The translations under genes were made by a program, and so were the position numbers. Below, piece by piece: positions 37,000 to 50,012 of a stretch of 64,000 nucleotides of DNA. Every line of letters begins with the position of its first letter. Position 1 is the stretch's first letter. Source of the stretch: Octopus sinensis (Eukaryota); NCBI RefSeq assembly GCF_006345805.1, contig NC_042998.1, positions 191,828,001-191,892,000 of the forward strand. The letters run 5' to 3'. The notes beneath the pieces were generated by a model. That model had not been told where the DNA came from. It saw only the letters and a program-made list of their open reading frames with translations, and searched no databases.

Positions 37000-39640
37000 G
37001 GCGAAGACTATCATAACTGATGCTGAAATCATAGGGCCACTTAAAGAGCTCAAATGTAGAAAGGCTTCTGGAGAGGAAGAAGTGGTAAAAGCCTTAAATC
37101 ACAAAAGGCAATCTATCTGTGACACGTGTATGCCAGGTGGCTTTGACCTCTGAAGATTGCAAACCTGGATAGTTATCCCAATATTTAAAGGGTGAAATAA
37201 GACAGTGCTCTAATTATAGAGGAATATCTTTGCTAAGCCTTCCCGGTAAAGTCTGTGCTAGGAGTCTGGAAAATACGTGGATGGAAATTGTCGAGTCCAA
37301 GCTTGCTGAAGGAGAATACTGCCTCCCTCCTGGATGCAGTACAACCGACCAGATGTTCACTCTACTTCATATCTTCGAGAAATCGTAGGAATATTGCTAA
37401 AATACGTACGCTTGCATTGTAAGCCCCGAAAAAGCATGTGACAGTGTGTCACGGGACATGCTTTGGCGTAATTAATGGGCAAATTATATTTGTTGCGAAG
37501 TTCCTTTACGATTGCCCAGATGTGTGTGTTTGGGTAAATAGTATTGTTATGAGTTTGGCTAAGTGCAGTTCTTGGTGACCCACTTTGGAATGGTGACGCC
37601 GGCACGTCTGGAAGAAAAGAGACAGTCCTTTGTTTACTGGGAGATTAATGGGACCTCTGGCCTTGTGCGGGTGAATTAGGGGTCGTTCTAGACACCCCTT
37701 GAAGAAGAGGAAGAATCTAGCAGTAGTGAGAAAAAAATAGAGTAAGGGCTGAGAGCAGATAGAGAGGATATTAGCAGTGAGAGAGGATGAGGGGGCAGAG
37801 AGGGACAGGCAGAGAGAGTATGGCAGAGCTGTCATGAGAGGGTAGCAGCAGCGGGCGATAGAGATAGGCAGTTAGGGACCAGAGCAGATAGAGAGGGTAG
37901 TGGGAAGAAGAGAGAGGAAGTGAGGTTTTGGAAGTTGGTAGTCGGTCGTCAAAGAGCACAGACGGATCTTGGAAGTCGGCAAGGAGTTGGAATTTTAGGA
38001 GCAAGCGATTGGGATGCGAGAGCTGGCGAGCTGGAGTTAGCAGTATTGAGAGAGAGATGAGGTGCAATATGGGACACTGGCGATTCAATTAGGAATTAAG
38101 GTATTTGATTATGTATTGATACGTGTTACGATGTAAAAGAAAAGAAGAGAAAGAAGAGAGAAAAAGAAGGACTCTGATGTAGACGATAATGAACTTTGAA
38201 TTGTAACGTGAATTGTTGTGATACGAACATTGTATAACGTATCGAAGTGTTCTGATTGAACTGTGACGTATCGTGAACATTATTTGATCTGAACTTGTTG
38301 TCTATGAACACTGTTATATTGTTACATGCATGTTTAAATGCTTTGATCTGTTGTATGATGTATTGATTTGTTGTATGCCCTTAAATGCGTTGATGTATCT
38401 TGATGTTGTAACAATTGATTGTCATATAAACTGTTGTTAAATGTAAGCCAGTTGTGCCTTGCCTCATTGCGTCTCTCTCGATTGCCTCTGCGCTGCTGCT
38501 GTTGTTGTTGTTGTGTATATCTCCTCTCTCTCCTCTCTCCGACGAGTTTTCGTAGCTTATTCGCTGCATCGAACGGGCCTGTGTGAGGATTTCCGTAACA
38601 GTTCGAATCGGATGTCCCACCCTTACGTAACAGTATTATATCGAAATCTTTCAACGTGGCTATTGAACTTCGGATGGAGTGTGTATTGTCACATCTTTTA
38701 ATAATTTTAATGAACTCGATTGATATGTGCAGCCGTTGTGGGAGTACCACGATCAGTGGTTGTAAAATCGGTCAGCTCTTTGAAAACGCCATGCATCATT
38801 AGATAGTGAACTCCAGTATGCATTGAATGGGTTCACTGCTGTGTACTGCCAGACAGGGATGAGAATTAGTTTTGCGAAGACTGGGATATTTGTTCTCTCC
38901 AGGAACTCATTCCAATGCATGTTAGTGGAACATCACAGAAGCATGTAGAGTAGTTTACATATCTCTAGACTGTATTCACGAATAAAAGAAGGCAGGAGGC
39001 TGATTTTGATGCTAGAATTACCAGTACTAGCACAGTAATACGCCAGCTCCAGCATTCGATCCCCAGAAGATGTCAGGTTGGGAAAAAAGTCAAATTCTCA
39101 ATCATAAGTTCGGTTTTCCTGCCTATTCTCATCTATGGTCATGAAAGTTTGGTAATGACCGTATGAGTACAACCGCAAATATCTCTAGAATAACGTTACT
39201 CGACAGGGTGCATACTTTGACAAGTCAGGTAATCTCTCCATTTAAAGCGGCGAGCTGGCAGAATCGTTAGCATGCCGGGCGAAATGCTTAGCGGTATTTC
39301 GTCTGTCTCTACGTTCTGAGTTCAAATTGCGCCGAGGTCGACTTTGCATTTCATTCTTTCGAGGTCGATAAATTAAGTACCAGTTACGCACTGGGATCGA
39401 TATAATCGACTTAATCTGTTTGTCTGTCCTTGTTTCTCCTCTCTGTGTTTAGCCCCTTGTGGGTAGTAAAGAAATAGGTAATCTTTCCATTTCGAGCCGC
39501 TACTTCTCCACATTAAGAGGTCACAGCTCGGTTCTACGGACATGTGATTAGAATGTTACAGGAAAGAATTTCAAGAAGAATTTTTCAAGCCACACCAACC
39601 GGCGGGATACCAAGTGGTAGACCAGGGCGAGAGGGTTATA
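37000..39640 (+). mobile_element. Decayed RTE/Expander-like LINE RT region, interrupted twice
   Basis: IVIPIFKG..CSNYRGISLLSLPGKV..STTDQMFTL..EKACDSVSRDMLW (37160-37470); GMRISFAKT..VE*FTYL..LPILIYGHESLVMT (38850-39160); EPLLLHIKRSQL.FYGHVIRM..ERISRRIF..PTGGIPSGRP (39493-39625). Inserts at ~37520-38740 and 39244-39475. Confidence 0.85.
39244..39475 (+). mobile_element. SINE family B with target-site duplication, inserted in the RTE relic
   Basis: 17-bp TSD AGGTAATCT(C/T)TCCATTT at 39227-39243 and 39476-39492. Confidence 0.93.
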
Positions 39641-39830
39641 ATATCCATAGTCACTACATATGTGTGTCTGTGTGTATTTGTAGGTGTTTGTGTTATATCT
39701 ATATCACACTATCTCCTGACGACATCTGTTGGCTCGTTTACGTCTACGTAATTTAGCGTTTCAGTTAAAGAGATCGTTAGAATAAGCACCAAGCTTAAAA
39801 TTAGATAGTAAGCTCGATTTGTTCAAATAA

Positions 39831-40460
39831 ATCCTTTTGAACGGTAGACAATTTCTAGTTAACTAAACACTTTAAAACTTCGTATACTGGTAGAATGTGT
39901 CAAAATAAAACATTTTTTCTCTTGGCTTTCTTGAGAAAATTGTAATCGTTTGTTTAACGCAGTTTAATTTTTCGAATTTTAACCAATCCTATGCTCTCTT
40001 TTGAGCTAAAATCATTTGCTGCGTCTAAAACTGAGACAACATCCTGTAACTACCCCTAAACCTCCCCCCTAACCCTAGCGCTAACCCTATTTTTTTCTTT
40101 TTAATTGTTAAATTCATTTAATTGTTACGCATGTAAAAAAACGAAAGCAATGGAATTAAATTAATTTAACAATTAAGAAAAAAAATTTATGGTTTGGGTG
40201 GAGGGTTTAGGATTAGTTACAGAATGTTGTCTCAGTTTTAGACGCAGCAAAGGATTTTAGTTGAATGGAGGTAATCGATTGGTTAAAATTGCCGAATTGC
40301 TCGGATTTTCAGACGAAATATCTTACAAACTATAGAATTTTCTCAATAAAGCCAAGAGAAAATGATATTTTATAAACACATTCTACCAGTATACGAAGTT
40401 TAAAAGTGTTTAGTTAACTAGAAATTGTGTTGACATGTGCCGTTCAAAAGGAAAGGATCC
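39831..40460. mobile_element. ~630-bp MITE/foldback with long imperfect inverted repeats, inserted in a decayed family A SINE
   Basis: TCCTTTTGAACGG..ACAATTTCTAGTTAACTAAACACTTTAAAACTTCGTATACTGGTAGAATGTG is mirrored at 40377-40452; the SINE body at 39655-39830 resumes at ~40461-40518. Confidence 0.88.
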
Positions 40461-41163
40461 CATGAATCCAGCATTGTTGCGGTAGGCCGTCTGAAACAAG
40501 TAAAATATAAAAGATAAAGTATCCCTTAAATCTCGTTCTATCGTCTTACAAACAGGAAAACACGCCAGATAAAGTAACACTAGAAATAGCTTTTGAATAA
40601 TGGAGGGGAATGGAATATTTTGGGCACATTTGAAAATAGGTAGCCTCAGTTACGGTAACCTTTGCCTGAACAACAACAAAAGCAACAAAATATTTGAATT
40701 TATAATGCTATCTTAAAGAGGCACGCCCTACCCCGTGAGACAAACTTAATTTCGCAATCACCGAACTGGTGTTTCATAGTCTCGATCTGGACTTACAGGT
40801 CATCCTAGAGGTACATATGGTTAAAGGTAACCTCATTATTCCTACGTCGAGACTCCACAACAGGATACAGTTTGACGTCATACCGACGACTTTTAATGTC
40901 ATACCCTAGCTACCATCACCAACAGGCTCTGCAGCTTCTTTGTTGGAATTGGAGCGACTGTGAATTGCATTAATTCAAAAATCTGTTGTATTGATAACAG
41001 CACGGATTGTAAGATATCTCGATATCCTCGATATCTAAAGAAACTGGTATATAGGACATTGACTCGGTATCTAGGACATTGATTCCGAATATAAAACATT
41101 CGTGCAAAACAGGAATAATAATAGTTAAGAAGAATAATCTTTAATCGCTGTAGCTTCCGATAT

Positions 41164-41560
41164 CTTTTACTCTTTTACTTCTTTCAGTAACTTTGACTGT
41201 GGCCATGCTGGAGCACCGCCTTTAGTCGAGCAAATCGACGCCAGGACTTGTTCTTTGTAACCCTAGTACTTATTCTATCGGTTCCTTTGCCGAACCGCTA
41301 AGTTACGGGGACATAAACACATCAGCATCGGTTGTCAAGCGATGTTGGGGAGACAATCACAGACACACAAACATTAACAGACATATATATATATATACGA
41401 CGGGCTTCTTTCAGTTTCTGTCTACTAAATCCACTCGCACATTTTTGGTTGGCCCGAAGGTATAGTAGAAGACACTTGTCTAAGGTGCCACGCAGTGGGA
41501 CTGAACCCGGAACCATGTGGTTGGTAAGCAAGCTACTTACCACTCAGCCACTCCTACACC
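41164..41560 (-). mobile_element. SINE family A, full length
   Basis: Collinear with 12731-13140. Confidence 0.92.
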
Positions 41561-41587
41561 TAGCAATCTTAGCAATAACTTTTTAAC

Positions 41588-41945
41588 ATCAAGCTTAAAA
41601 TGTTATTCGTGTTAAAGGTGTTAACGAGACTAAAAAATTTTCCGTTACCACCCATTAAAATATTGGCTTGTTCTTTAGATTTTATTGTTTTTAGTCAGTT
41701 TGAAATCATCTAAATATTTTAGAAGCACACGTAAACTAAAATTGTTACAATTTTTATAAGAAAGTTTAATGATTGCTCTGAATTTTAAAGTGGAATTTTC
41801 TTTAGGTAAATTTACAAACATTTTATGCATTTCTTTACATGCTATTTGTTAATTTCTAGTTTATTGAAAGAAAAGAATATTTTCCGGAGTAAATAATTTC
41901 TCGAATAAATGATTTAAACTTAGATATTTTAAACGAAATAAATTT
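41588..41945 (+). repeat. ~357-bp direct repeat, copy 2
   Basis: Highly similar to 35937-36293. Confidence 0.92.
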
Positions 41946-43318
41946 ATGCAACCTGTGAGAACATATCATGGCAGGGTAAATATTGCACTATTCCAAAGAA
42001 AGTTTGTTGCAATTTTTCATGAAATGTACGCGTGAAAGTCTTCTACTCCAAATACACAACCCTGTAGCCTTTTAATCCTTTGCTAATATAATGAAACATA
42101 TTTTTTTAATGTTTAAAAAATTAGCTGATATAATATAAAGCATTGACAAAATCTAAATCATTACGTTCCAACAAATATCGATTTTTGTATGCTATCATAA
42201 TGCTCTTTGATAACAGTTCTGTAACTACAATAGCCTGCAAATGTCACTAACACCTCAAAGACAACCGAAAAACATGAAACAAAAGCCAAATCATTAAAGG
42301 ATAGCTAAATACAGTGTGAAACCGCTAATGCATATTTATAGATAAGTTAGTCCATTTAATAAGAAATTATAGGGTAATATAGACCTGCATAACTCTGAAC
42401 TCATAGATGAAATCCCTTTGAGAATAGATATGCTTGATATACTCCTCAAAATAATCGAACATGCTTTATCAATTTAGACAGTTAGCACACGTTTTTCATG
42501 ACTTTCAGGCAGGATAAGCTTTTGCGGTTGCGACGGATGTAGAGCGTAGATAAAATAATGTTCACAGTTCGATGTTCATCAGCCCATAGATCCATCTTCT
42601 TCGCCCACTATTGCTGGAAAGAGCGTAGGGGCATATTCCTCATGTACCTCTTCCTTATCATCCTATCGGCAGTAATCATCATTAGATTTTCTCGCTGGAT
42701 TCCCAAGCTTCAGGGTTTTCTTGACTGAAGAAAAGAGAGAAAAAGAAAGAGAAAGAGAGCGGGAGAGAGAGAGAGAGAGAGAATGGATAAGCTGCCTGAC
42801 TGATTCAGATAATTATTTGGTTGATGTCGACATTGTTCAACGTAAGAGTATTTCTATATTTCATTTTCGCTAAAGAATTCCTTCCTGTTTTTACAAAGTA
42901 CAATTTGATTTCAAAGTTATTGCTCTTCTCGCGTAATACCAGATAGGCGGCCAAGCTGGGAGAGTACATCTCAAGGTATTTGATCTATCATTTCTATGAC
43001 AGTTATATTTTCTAGTTCCCTTTTTATTTAATCAATCTTTTATGATAAAGCTAATTTACGTCGAGTGAAACAATACATATTTTATACCAGTAAAATATGA
43101 ACATTGACACAGAGTTGTAAATACACACGTATGATTATGTATGTGTATGCACACAAATATTTTTTCAAGAATTTTACATAGAAGACCTTACTGTCTCACA
43201 TTGTGCACTTTTTTAAATGATTTTTCTTCATATTTCCTTAATTTTACTTAATGCTTAATCTAGAACAGGAGATTTAAAGTTCTCAGAAATCCAAGATTTC
43301 ATCATTTATATGAAGTTA

Positions 43319-44400
43319 TAGGACAAAAGCCCCCCATGGACAAAAGCCACATGGACAAAGCTCCCACGGAAAAAAGCCTTCGGACAAAAGTACAACGCTT
43401 ATATTTTTCGATTATTTTTCGTTTTTTGCACCTTTTACATGTTTCAGTTATTAGACTGTGGTCATGCTAGGAGACCACTTTGAAGAATCTTTAGTCGAAT
43501 GTATCAACGCCAGAATTTTATTTTTATTTTTACTCGTTGCAGTTATTAAACTGCGACCATGCTGGTGCACCACTTTGAATTTTTAGTCGAATGTAACGAC
43601 TCCAGAATGTTTTTTAAATAACTTGCAACCAGCGCATGAAGTTAAGCCTAGACGGTATCTCAACAGGCTAGAAATAATAGCTAAATCCTTTGATTGCTTG
43701 TTATAATCCCCTCGGTCTTATTTTTCATTTTCTAAAAATATTTTTACTTGTTTCAGTCATTAGACTGCGGACATGCTGGGGCTTGAAGAATGTTTAGTCG
43801 CGAAAAATCAGCGTTTTAAAATATATATTTAAAGTCTTTTGATTTCTTCTCTCAGCACTTACAGATTAATGAGAATAAGCTGACCTTTTGAACTTTTACA
43901 CTCTCGATATCCGTTTTCGTTTTTGTGAAATTGTAAAAATAAAAATTTAAGATTTGGCTATCTTTTCTAGTATACGGAGAGAGCTTCTTGGCTTAACTCC
44001 ATGTCTTGGTTGAAAATCATTTAGAATAGTTAAAAATGGTGGTGCCCCAGCATGGCCGCAAACTAATGACTGCAACAAGTAAAAAGGAAAAAAAACGAAT
44101 ATTTCACAGAAGTGGTTTTCATCAGGCTTAAAAAACATTCTGCGTCCCATACAGTCATCGAAAAATTATTCAAGTCGGTGCCCCATCATGGCCGGCCTCA
44201 GACTAATAATTGCAACTAGTTAAAAAGAAAAAAAATCGTGAATTGATACGTTTAACTAACTAGTCTAATTAACTAAAAATATAACCAAAAAATACAAACG
44301 TCTGACTTTTGCACAAAGGGTTTTTGTCCACTTTCACACTTTAACTATGGGGTTTTTGTCCGAGGGGCTCTTGTCCTAAGGGGCTTTTGTCCAGATCCTA
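43319..44400. mobile_element. Second, shorter copy of the GGACAAAAGCCCC foldback family
   Basis: Left (GGACAAAAGCC..)x5 and right (GG.TTTTGTCC)x4; same internal tail arrays and CACTTACAGATTAATGAGAATAAG core as 29428-31793. A stray fragment lies at ~44987-45066. Confidence 0.82.
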
Positions 44401-45107
44401 TTTAATGAACAGCCAGCGATCAAGGAACTGACGTTGTAAATGACAAAATAACCATCGCCGTTGGCTTACGAATTGTTTACCGGTCAATTCCAGTTATTTT
44501 GAGTTTTAGTGTGTATTTTGTTCTTAACGAAGTTCCTGTTGCTAATCTTCGTAAACAGAACATTTATGAAACCTAACCGTAAACTTACAATATATTTTCA
44601 CAAAATAATTCTGCCACACTTGAAAGAAAATCTCACTAACAGTAAGCTCTTTCTTAAAAGTTAATGACCGTACTTCACACAGTTTGTATAATATAAAAAG
44701 TTGAATCCAAACTGGTAATTTATGTCTTGCGCACAAGTCAAATACTTACTCATCGGTTAACGATGCATTTATTACAAGGAACCATTTCAGAACCTTATAA
44801 TAGAGGACATCAAAGAAAACTAAATTTTGAAAAATTCATTGATTAGAAGAACTAAAAGTTATGAAGCCTTGATAATGGCTAAACAACAATCTAGTTATCA
44901 AGATACAGACACGACGCACGCGAAATAAATTGTGAAAGTAGTTTGAGGCTAATCGTTACGTTGTTTTATATCCACCTATGATGACGCTTAAAAAAATTCT
45001 GCGTTCTATACAGTCATCTTCAAGGTGTTGCCCCAGCATGGCCGGCTGCAGTCTAATAATTGCAACAATATTTATCCTTCTTTATCTCTGACGATTCCCG
45101 TTATATA

Positions 45108-45248
45108 TAAGGTTGTCCCAAAAGTTCGTAGAAAGTCTTGGAAAATAATGGTCTTTATTTTGAGGAATAATTTTTGTTGTTTTTGTTAGTACTTGGCGAG
45201 TAAAAATTCAATTTTCGCAAGTGTTTACGAACTTTTGGGACAACCTAA
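45108..45248. mobile_element. Tc1/mariner-type MITE
   Basis: Perfect 21-bp TIR AGGTTGTCCCAAAAGTTCGTA / TACGAACTTTTGGGACAACCT in a TA context. Confidence 0.85.
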
Positions 45249-45671
45249 TAAATTATGATATTGTTGGATGACCGTATTCTTCTTCGATTGCAAATAGTCT
45301 TTCCCAAATAAAGTTGAACTGACGGAATATGCATTTGCGAACGAAATAAAGATAATACGCAATCAAAAGTAACCAGAAATACAATCTACAATCTGTAAAC
45401 ATCTTTTCTTTTATGACATTTAATGGAAGATTCTCCTTCATTGATTTTTTTCAGACGTCACCTCAATTTTAAAACAAAATGAGATTAATACAATTTTCTG
45501 TCGTATTTAGCAAGCTAAAATGCTATGTGATGGTCCACTAACTCCATGTCAGCTTGAATATTAGATTAAGAGGTATATATTCTGTACACTACTAACCCTT
45601 TTCTTTTGGTACTGCTTGGACTAAAACTTGAATTATGCGATTTAAAAAAATTACTCTTCTGAGGAATTTCA

Positions 45672-45975
45672 ACCGTGTTTCGTGGTCTGCTACCACAACA
45701 GCTCCTTTATAGGATCCAGTTAGCTCAAGACATCATCAACAGGAACCACGTCCGGTTTCGGTCCCTACTCCTCTACCGTTTTGACGTGCCCCCCCACCCA
45801 TTTCGGAGGTGTCTTCAGCTCTGGTGTTGGGTGCATGTCTTCTTTCTTCTGTTCCCTGGCCTCAACGAGTGTCAGCGGGCGACTGACTGGCTTGTCGAAT
45901 TTTTTCCTTTAAATACCTACATCAGGCTCCAGCAGGCAGCCCCAGGAAGTGGTCACGTGACACTGTCTCAACTTC
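45672..45975 (-). mobile_element. GC-rich fragment overlapping the sequence downstream of the HERO-like ORF
   Basis: GCCCCAGGAAGTGGTCACGTGACACTGTCTCAACTT (45939-45974) matches GCCCCAGCAAGTCTTCACGTGACACTGTCTCAACTT (8443-8478). Confidence 0.55.
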
Positions 45976-46271
45976 GCCACATTCTTCAAATGTATGCATA
46001 TTACAAAATTGATTCAATAAAAATGATAAACACGTGCATGGCTTTTGTTTACCCCACTCAGAGTACACAACAGAAATTCCTCAACCCAGGAATATAGAAT
46101 TGCATTATGAGACTTCGTTTTACAGATTCAAGATTCTAATGATTGAAGGTTGATCTTTCTTGTTACCGAAGAGAGAAAATAATACTTAAAGGATATCTCT
46201 TCGAACGAATTCAAACAAATTACAGTGATATCTTTATGTCAGGGAGTACTTCAATGAATAGTCTTATACAT

Positions 46272-46643
46272 TTACTCCTTTACTTGTTTCAGTCATTTGA
46301 CTGCGGCCATGCTGGAGCACCGTCTTAAAGAAATTGACCTCAGGACGCATTCTTTGTAAGCCTAATACTTCATATATCTGCCTCTTTTGCCGAACTGCTA
46401 GGTTAGAAGGACGTAAACACAACAGCATCGGTTGTCAAGCGATGGTGGGGTTCAAACACGAACGCACATAAGTAAATACACATGTATTTAGGACGGGCTT
46501 CTTTCAGTTGCCGTCTACCAAATCCATTCACAAGGCTTTGGTCGACCTCGGGCTATAGTAAAGTACACTTGTCTAAGGTGCCATGCAGTGGGACTGAACG
46601 CGACCATGTGGCTGAGAAACAAACATTTTACTACATAACGACG
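46272..46643 (-). mobile_element. SINE family A, diverged near-full copy
   Basis: Collinear with 12731-13140. Confidence 0.88.
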
Positions 46644-47149
46644 CTTTAAATTTGTAACATCCGCAGAATATTGTGCAACGAAAGTAATAATGCGTCTGCT
46701 TTCAAAAAAACAAAGCAGAATTTAGTTACACGCCTGTGTCTTGAGTTCAAACCTGATCACATGTGGTTTTCAATTTTCTCTTCCTGGTCAATGGAAATAA
46801 AATATACGTCAATTATTGAGGGTCATAAAGTCGATCAGACTGTGATTAACATATCAATTAATATATACCGTTGCAGTTACTATTTTTGAAATGAATGTCA
46901 CTCAATGCAAAATAAATTTAGTGAACGAAACAGATATTAATTGACAATACGGCCAGAGTAAAGTTATTTTCAGCAAATATTCATTCTATCTAATTAACAA
47001 AATCTTCTGTGATTCTCTATCATTCGTTCACTTTCTTCTCTCACTTCATCTCAAGCGTGTTATCTAATGAATTATCCCGGCCACTAGAGAATAATAAGAT
47101 ATTTTGAAAGCGACAGGCAAATATATGCGTCCGCCGACACCATCACCAC

Positions 47150-47183
47150 ACCATAACAGCAACAACAACAGCTGCTGCTGCTG

Positions 47184-47222
<39 letters not shown>

Positions 47223-47465
47223 TACTACTACTACTACTACTATTGCTACTACTACTACTACAATGGCACCAACAGTAATATCAACAATAACTGCAAACAC
47301 AGTAGCAACCGTACCAACATCACCAACAGCAGGATCGAAACCAAAAATTGCCCAAACAGCAACAACAACAATTTTTGCAGCAGCCACAGCAGTAGAATCG
47401 CGATCAATAACAACAGCAGCATCAGAAACCCCAACAACAACAAAAATAGCTATTTCAACAAAACA
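47150..47465. repeat. (CTG)/(ACT)n/(CAA)n trinucleotide tract
   Basis: Direct reading. Confidence 0.85.
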
Positions 47466-49774
47466 CCAAAAATCTCCCCAAGACATGCCCTTGTCTTCTT
47501 CGGATTACTCAGACATTTGTAATGAAAGGGATTGTGTGGAACGTGAATGGCAAACGGTCACAGATATCAGGAACAGAATGGAACAAAAAACACACCAACA
47601 CAACAAACTGGCGGATACGAACAATTGAAGGAGATGACTTTGAGCAACATTACTTAAACACCACTTCAACCTTCTGCATCTTAGTTCACCCGCGATGCCC
47701 CTCGAAACGTCCAGCTTCCGTGGTAATGGTACAAGAGTCAGCACGTACATTCTAAATGATTCCGTAAATTCACTTTCACCAGCGAACAAATGTCGCTGTA
47801 CATTGCAGCGATCCAACCTCTGAAAACAGGACCAAAACCAGCCGACGCGACGACAGCCACAAGTACTGGTGGTCAACCTTATCAAAAACTTTTGATTTAT
47901 TCTAATTAATCAGAGTCCCACCCATGCCAGATTCCTTACCAATCCTCTATATAATGCGCGAGGTGGAGGTAGTCGTAGATATATATATATTTGTTTGGTA
48001 TAGTGCATGTTTACACGTCACCGACCAGCTTATCGATGATAATCGCCAACTATTTGGCTAACACCTTCGCCAAAATATTATAATCTGCGTTCAGCAGAGT
48101 TATGTGCTTAAAACTAGCATTTAGCTAGCCCATCTTGTTTTGGTCATTTATCAGCAGCATTACCACGCCTTCGTATCTTTGATACCTTTGTTAAGATTGA
48201 AATTTTACGTCATGATTCCGATTTTACATCATGATTCCGATCATCCTTGTTTAACATGTTGCCAAGCTATTTGAAAGTGAAAATACTTTTCACTGCTACG
48301 CTATACACCGTTATATTGAGTTTCGTACCGGGTTTTTCGGAGCATAATCGACCAAGAATAGTTTATTTATCAAAGTTAATTGAGAGACATAACATGCTTC
48401 GTGAGATGTAAATTCTGTCTATGAGAGTTCCAATATTTTTTTCTTTGAGAGCGACAATAACACAAATATCAGATTAAAAAAAAAAGATCTCTTATCCGGG
48501 GTACAGAAATGTATCATTTAGATTATGAGATTGAATAAAATATCACATTTACAGAAGCAAATACAGATATCCCTAAAACGCTTTTGAAAGCGATGGAAAA
48601 AGAGAATTAAGAAGTGGAAGAAGCCAAGTAAAATTCAAATGTTGTATTTTTGCTATAAATGTGCATAAAATCGGCCACGGAATTGACATCGCAAAGCTTT
48701 AAGAAACATTTGTGAAGCATGATTGGCTTATAGCAAGCCTTATATTCATTGGTGTCAACTATCAAATGGGCCGTTTTAAAAAAGCGTTTTACTAAATTTT
48801 GAAGTAAATGCTGACAGTTCCAAAGCCAAATTATAACATTTTAACTATATGGAAATGACTTAAGGATAAAATCATCAAAACAGCAATTTTTCTTAGCAAA
48901 ACTTAAAACTGACAAATCAATGATTCAAAATCGAACTGGGAATATTAAGAATAAATGAATTGAAGATGCCCGTGATCTCTGGAAAACATACATCACACAT
49001 TATACTGAAGGATGTCACTTCACTGGAAATCATGCTTATGGTCATAGCTGAATTTGTCGTCATCTGATTAGGCATATATATGGCAGAAAGCTTTTTAAAA
49101 TTTCAAATAAAGTGTTTCAGTAGTAACATATTCTTGAAATTCACCTGTCTTGGAATGAATAAGTATTAATTTGCACTAACTTAAAATAGTAACACTCCAG
49201 GTACAAGTAGTAAACCATCAGTAAGACACTTCTGTAAATCAAAGAAATAGCGTATTGGACCTTCTGTATTGGATTACGATGCAGTTCTTCAAGATATGAG
49301 GGATTTGTTGCTGAAGATCTTGGTATTCAGCACCGCAAAGTTATAGTGAGAATATTGAGCAGAATTCTTCTGGAGAGACTTACTCACCATGTTAGAATAT
49401 TCTTCTGGATCTCAATCACATTTTTGAGATGGATATGGAACTTATTTGCATATTTTCTTTTTGTATAAACTACCAGCCAAATAATTTGAACAAAGGTTTG
49501 ACCTCCATTAAAAATCCATTGATTAATTTAACGTTTTTGACTCAGTGAAACATGGTACATTATACGCAATGCCCTATAAACTTAGTTGTCCTCATATATA
49601 CACAAATATATTCCAGTCTTCTTGTACTAACATGAGAGCACGTGTTGTAATCTTTGGCGAGTGCACATGCACGATGCAGTCAATAGTGGTCGTCTAAAAC
49701 AAAGTAATATGAAAGAAATTACATTATTTGTTTTAATATTCACAATTGTAATTTCAATCTCTTCGAAAGAATTT

Positions 49775-50012
49775 GTATATACATACACACATAAATATGT
49801 ATATTTATGCATATATGTATGCAATCTATACCAGATGCATCCATAAATATACATACATACATACATACAAACATAGGTACATACATACACACATACATAC
49901 ATACATACATACACACACACATATACATACATACATACATACATACATGTATATATACATACGTACATACATACGTACATACACACATACATACATACAT
50001 ACATACATATAT
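49775..50012. repeat. (CATA)n microsatellite
   Basis: Direct reading. Confidence 0.92.

Noticed and set aside
35937-41945. LTR retrotransposon defined by the 357-bp repeats
   Set aside because: No TG..CA, PBS, PPT or gag/pol; the interior is LINE, SINE and MITE debris.
45675-46097. 140-aa plus-strand ORF
   Set aside because: GTG start and no homology recognised; the region is better explained as a repeat fragment.
47104-47628. 174-aa Thr-rich mucin-like ORF
   Set aside because: Mostly trinucleotide repeat with a non-ATG start; no domain or splice support. The unique tail (47480-47880) could not be assigned.
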